Shown here piece after piece: positions 60,504-64,000 of a DNA stretch of 64,000 nt. The notes under the pieces are model-generated. The model was given only the letters and a program-made list of their open reading frames with translations. It made no database searches and was not told where the DNA came from. Source of the DNA: an uncultured Acidobacteriaceae bacterium (lineage in GTDB: Bacteria; Acidobacteriota; Terriglobia; Terriglobales; Acidobacteriaceae); assembly GCA_963800145.1 (NCBI GenBank), contig CAWCZX010000003.1, positions 9,880-73,879 of the forward strand, written 5' to 3'. Made by a program: the position numbers and the translations under genes. Each line of letters opens with the position of its first letter. Position 1 is the first letter of the stretch.

Positions 60504-61870
60504 TCATCCTGCTTCACCGCCCCTAACAAGCGGGCCCATGGCCAAATATCTCCGGCGGGCGCGCACGAAGATCGTCAAAGCCAAGGGCAAACCGATGCCC
60601 GCAGTCGCGGCTAGATAACTCAGCGTAACGCCGGCATTGCCCCACTGCGCGCGATGAACACAGCCAGCACCAGCGTTAGCGAAGCCACCACGAGCGACTG
60701 CACCAGAAAGGGCTCCCGCTTGAATGAGCGCAACAGCGTAGCCAGGCTCTGCACGACGAAGTTGGCTCCGGCGGCCAGCACCAGCACCGCAAAAAGCCCG
60801 GGTGACACCATGCGCGCAGCCAGCCTTGGAGCGACAACCGTCAGTAACAACGCCCCGGCGTCAGCAGCCAGTGCAATCGCCGCGAAGATGGCCAGGGCCT
60901 GGCCCAACGTGCGCAGGAACAACCGATCGAGCCCCTGAAACTGGCGCTCGGCGATCATGCGGCCAAACGGAGTTGCCTTCGTTGAAATCCAGGGCAGCAC
61001 CAGGCTTGCCATGTAGCCAGTGATGCTGAGTGACATACCGATTTGTCCAGCTTCGACCGGGCCACGCAGCGCGAAGATGATGGGGATGAAAACCTGAGCG
61101 ATGAAGTAGGAGCACATCCAACTGACAGCGATGCGCCACTGGAAGGGCCAGACTTCGCGGTTCCAGTGGATGGCTGCCTCCGTGGTGAAGTGGCGAAATA
61201 ATCCTGTCAGTAGACGGCGATGCGAGGCCAGAAAAAAGAGGCCGGTCCCAACCTGGCCCACAATGACGAGAGCCGGTGAGTACAGGCCGTGGTGCAGCAG
61301 CATGGCCGTCCAGGCGAAAAGGGAAGCAGCGATAGCCTGGCGCAGGCGCATTGCGGCCACAGCGCGCACATGCCCGCACCCTTCAAGGAATGAGTAGAAA
61401 GGAAGGCACCAAAGGCCTATCGCTGACGCAAAGACCGCTGTGAGCCAAGGCCCCTGCCAGGCAACCGGATGCGCTCCTGCGGCATGATGGGAAAAGAAAA
61501 CGATCCCTAGCGGAGCCAAAATCACGCCCATTGCGACGGCAGCGACGGTATACCACCGCAAGGTAAGTTGCAGGGCCGATGCCAGACGAGCATGTGCCAC
61601 TGGATCACCGCTCACGGTGCCGTCCGGGAGTAATTCAAGATGAACGCATTCGTGAGCTGCCAACTGCTGAATCACAAATGAAAAGCCCAGTTCGAAGACC
61701 ATCTGCAATGAGACCAGGCTCAACAGCGTGTAGTAATATCCCTGCTCAACGGAACTGAGGAAACGCACAATCAGCAGCACGGTTCCAGTGCTACCCACGA
61801 TGTTGACGATGCGCGCTAAAAATGTGTAAGCAACCGGGCCGTCGAGGCCGAGTCTCTTGCGGAGGCTCAT
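60504..61870 (-). pseudogene. wzx: Wzx-like flippase with a frameshift near 60650 truncating the last TM helices (true pseudogene or sequence error)
   Basis: ATGA overlap with the upstream gene; EQGYYYTLLSLVSLQMVFELG and FQWRIAVSW. The annotated frame ends abruptly at 60620, while another frame continues WGNAGVTLSYLAATAGIGLPLALTIFVRARRR to a stop at 60504. Confidence 0.72.
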
Positions 61871-63087
61871 TGCCACGCCTCGAGGACCTCTTCCAACGCG
61901 GCGGGCCACGAACCAGACCGGCGGCGCGCCCGGCGCACAATGGCAATCACCTCGGCGGCCAGCGCCGCTAACAGAGCCAGGGGCAGAGAGCATACCAGCG
62001 CGGCCAGCAAGATCCAAAGCCTGTAGGAAGAATCGGGACGGTCCGGCTCGACCGCCGGTTCAACGATCTGCACCAGCGCCCCCTGGCGTGCCTCGTCTAC
62101 ACGGGCTCCCTCGTACTGGCGCATCAGAAGATCCTGAATGGTCTCGCGATATTTCACCTCGCGCAGGGCGCGCTCATAGTCCAGGGCAGCCTGGGTTACC
62201 GTACCCTTTGGCGCGATCAGGTCACCCGACTTGCGGTCGTTCGCTGCATCCATCGCAGCCAGCTGACCTTCAATCCCAGCAGCCTCTTGTTCCGCCCGCA
62301 GCAAATCGGGATTTCCGTCTGCGGCAAATTCGCGCATGCCCCTGATCTCGATCTGCTTGGCTGCAAGTTGGCCGCGCAGAACTGCTGCCGATGCGATCAT
62401 GCTGCGGCCCTGGCCCTCAATGTCGATCACACCTGTGCGTTGTTCGGTCCGTTTCATCTCTTCTTCGGCATTGGCCAGGTCGTCGCGCGCGGCGCTCAGT
62501 TGCCGCTCATAGAAGAGCCTGCGCTGCGAGGCTTCAGTAATGGCCAGTGTCGCGGAAAAACGACGGTATTCTTCCACCCATGCGTTGGCCATCTCCGCGG
62601 CACGGTGCGGGTCTCGATCCGTCACCGAGAGACGAATCAGGCCATCCTTCAATCCGCTGTCGGCTTTGGTTAACTTCTCCCAGCGCTGGCGTGCTTTGGA
62701 GACGTACCGGCAATGATATAGATCTTGAAGATGAAAGCGCGTCACCATGGCATCTTCGACGATGCGGCTCTTCAGAAGCGCAATCTGCTGATCGTTGGGA
62801 TTCTTTATGCCCAGGCCGCCTGCCGCGGAGGCAACTGCTCCCAAGCTGCTGAGCTGCGCCATCATTGCGCTTCCTGCGGAGCCGGCTTGTTGTGGCGGCA
62901 GAATGACGACGGTGGCTGTATAGCGTTTGGGCACGAACAAAGCCACTACGAACGCAATAACAATAATCGCGATGGTCATGGACAAGATCAGCCTCTTCCA
63001 CTCGATCGCTACCCTCAGCCAGGTCAGCAGGGATCCAGCAGGAGTAATGGTCGGGCTGGCGGGCTGTACCAGTTCTTCTGCTTTCAC
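61867..63087 (-). CDS. Polysaccharide co-polymerase / chain-length determinant (Wzz/GumC-like, no kinase domain)
   Basis: TM1 plus YTATVVILPP, ALLKSRIV, a long coiled coil, ARVDEA..VQIVEPAVEPDRP and TM2; GAAGGAG RBS before GTG. Confidence 0.85.
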   Translation of the reverse strand: MKAEELVQPASPTITPAGSLLTWLRVAIEWKRLILSMTIAIIVIAFVVALFVPKRYTATVVILPPQQAGSAGSAMMAQLSSLGAVASAAGGLGIKNPNDQQIALLKSRIVEDAMVTRFHLQDLYHCRYVSKARQRWEKLTKADSGLKDGLIRLSVTDRDPHRAAEMANAWVEEYRRFSATLAITEASQRRLFYERQLSAARDDLANAEEEMKRTEQRTGVIDIEGQGRSMIASAAVLRGQLAAKQIEIRGMREFAADGNPDLLRAEQEAAGIEGQLAAMDAANDRKSGDLIAPKGTVTQAALDYERALREVKYRETIQDLLMRQYEGARVDEARQGALVQIVEPAVEPDRPDSSYRLWILLAALVCSLPLALLAALAAEVIAIVRRARRRSGSWPAALEEVLEAWQ

Positions 63088-63387
63088 GCTCTCCTTCTTC
63101 GATTAAGCAGGATCTTCGCCGCGTAAGCACGCTAGGCTTCGGGCCATAGGTGGACGTTCTTGCACGACCGACTTGCTCCCTCGCAGCGGTCAGCTTTGCA
63201 TTCAGAAAACGCGGTTGCCCTGGAGTAAAAGTTCGGCAATTCGCCTGAAACGCCACGGCGGATTTCAAGCGTTAGTTTCGTTGGGCTTGATATGAACGTC
63301 TTCTCTACTCTATGAACCGCATGAAGAAACCACGGTGATGTTGATCACACTCAGCGTCATGCAGAGTTCTTACTCTATCTATAGATA

Positions 63388-64000
63388 ATGAACAACAATC
63401 GTGATTCCCATCGCGCTCGGCCGTGGTTTGCCTTCATTTGGTTGGCTGCCGCCACAGCGAATGTTTGCATCCTTTCAGCGCTTCATGCGCAATGTCCGAA
63501 TGGGAACGATCCTGACTCGCCTGGCTGTGCCGTCGCCTCCGCGCCCCAATCTCAACAAAAGGACACTCCTGCATCGGTAAAGATCGACGCAAGTTCGCAA
63601 AGCGAGCTGCCCTACCCGGGAAACTACAGCGACACTCCCGCCGGTGAGAGACCACTTGGTGTCAAAGACCGCACGGAGGGCAAAGAGGAACAACGTCGTC
63701 GTTTGGAGATGCAGGCAGAAGCGCCCACGGAATTTCAGCGATTTGTTGCAGCCTCGACGGGGCAGACGCTTCCTATATTCGGAGCGAATCTATTCAACTC
63801 GACTCCCACCTCATTTGGCCCTCTCGATCATGGGCCGGCACCAGGAGAAATGATCGTTGGTGTCGACGACGAGCTCAGAATTCGCGTTTGGGGTCAAGTC
63901 AATTTCAGCGCAAATCTGCGTGTCAGCCGTGAGGGCGAGATCTATATTCCCAAAGTTGGCGCGGTGCATGTGGCTGGACTGCCCTTTTCCGCGGTCTCAA
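63388..64000 (+). CDS. 5' part of a Wza/KpsD-like SLBB polysaccharide export protein; 3'-truncated by the window edge, absent from the ORF track
   Basis: Frame is open from ATG 63388 to the end: signal peptide, then EFQRFVAASTGQTLPIFGANLF and DELRIRVWGQVNFSANLRVSREGEIYIPKVGAVHVAGL. Confidence 0.85.
   Translation, partial: MNNNRDSHRARPWFAFIWLAAATANVCILSALHAQCPNGNDPDSPGCAVASAPQSQQKDTPASVKIDASSQSELPYPGNYSDTPAGERPLGVKDRTEGKEEQRRRLEMQAEAPTEFQRFVAASTGQTLPIFGANLFNSTPTSFGPLDHGPAPGEMIVGVDDELRIRVWGQVNFSANLRVSREGEIYIPKVGAVHVAGLPFSAVS

Overview
Bacterial genomic DNA, very probably from Acidobacteriota. That assignment is inferred from the gene families present: carboxypeptidase-regulatory-domain TonB-dependent receptors, TPR/ASPIC-UnbV clusters, an acidobacterial VWA protein and HpnI. 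From left to right the window holds: (1) an envelope glycolipid block (ArnT/GT39-like fragment, UDP-sulfoquinovose synthase SqdB, HpnI-like GT21, two small DMT/ArnEF-like transporters); (2) a first receptor module, with a membrane-spanning wHTH/tandem-malectin regulator divergent from a TonB-dependent receptor, TPR proteins and an ASPIC/UnbV protein; (3) a patatin-POTRA-barrel protein, a DUF4105 protein, a VWA protein and a ~1040-aa orphan; (4) the most unusual part, 24.2-32.4 kb, two divergent operons combining a cobalamin methyl-transfer module (corrinoid protein, Zn-site MtaA/UroD-fold methyltransferase, DUF1638, ASKHA reductive activator) with a ferritin-like diiron protein and a single-chain MocD-like desaturase/Rieske/FNR fusion; (5) sugar catabolism genes (GMC dehydrogenase pair, mutarotase, lactate permease, GH106, GH31, FucP) around a second receptor/regulator module; (6) a haloperoxidase-like hydrolase and DUF4331; (7) a Wzx/Wzy polysaccharide cluster with two clear frameshifts and a possible third, plus a partial divergent Wza/KpsD-like gene missing from the ORF track. 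I found no rRNA, tRNA, CRISPR array or transposase. All family assignments come from reading motifs by eye; no searches were run.
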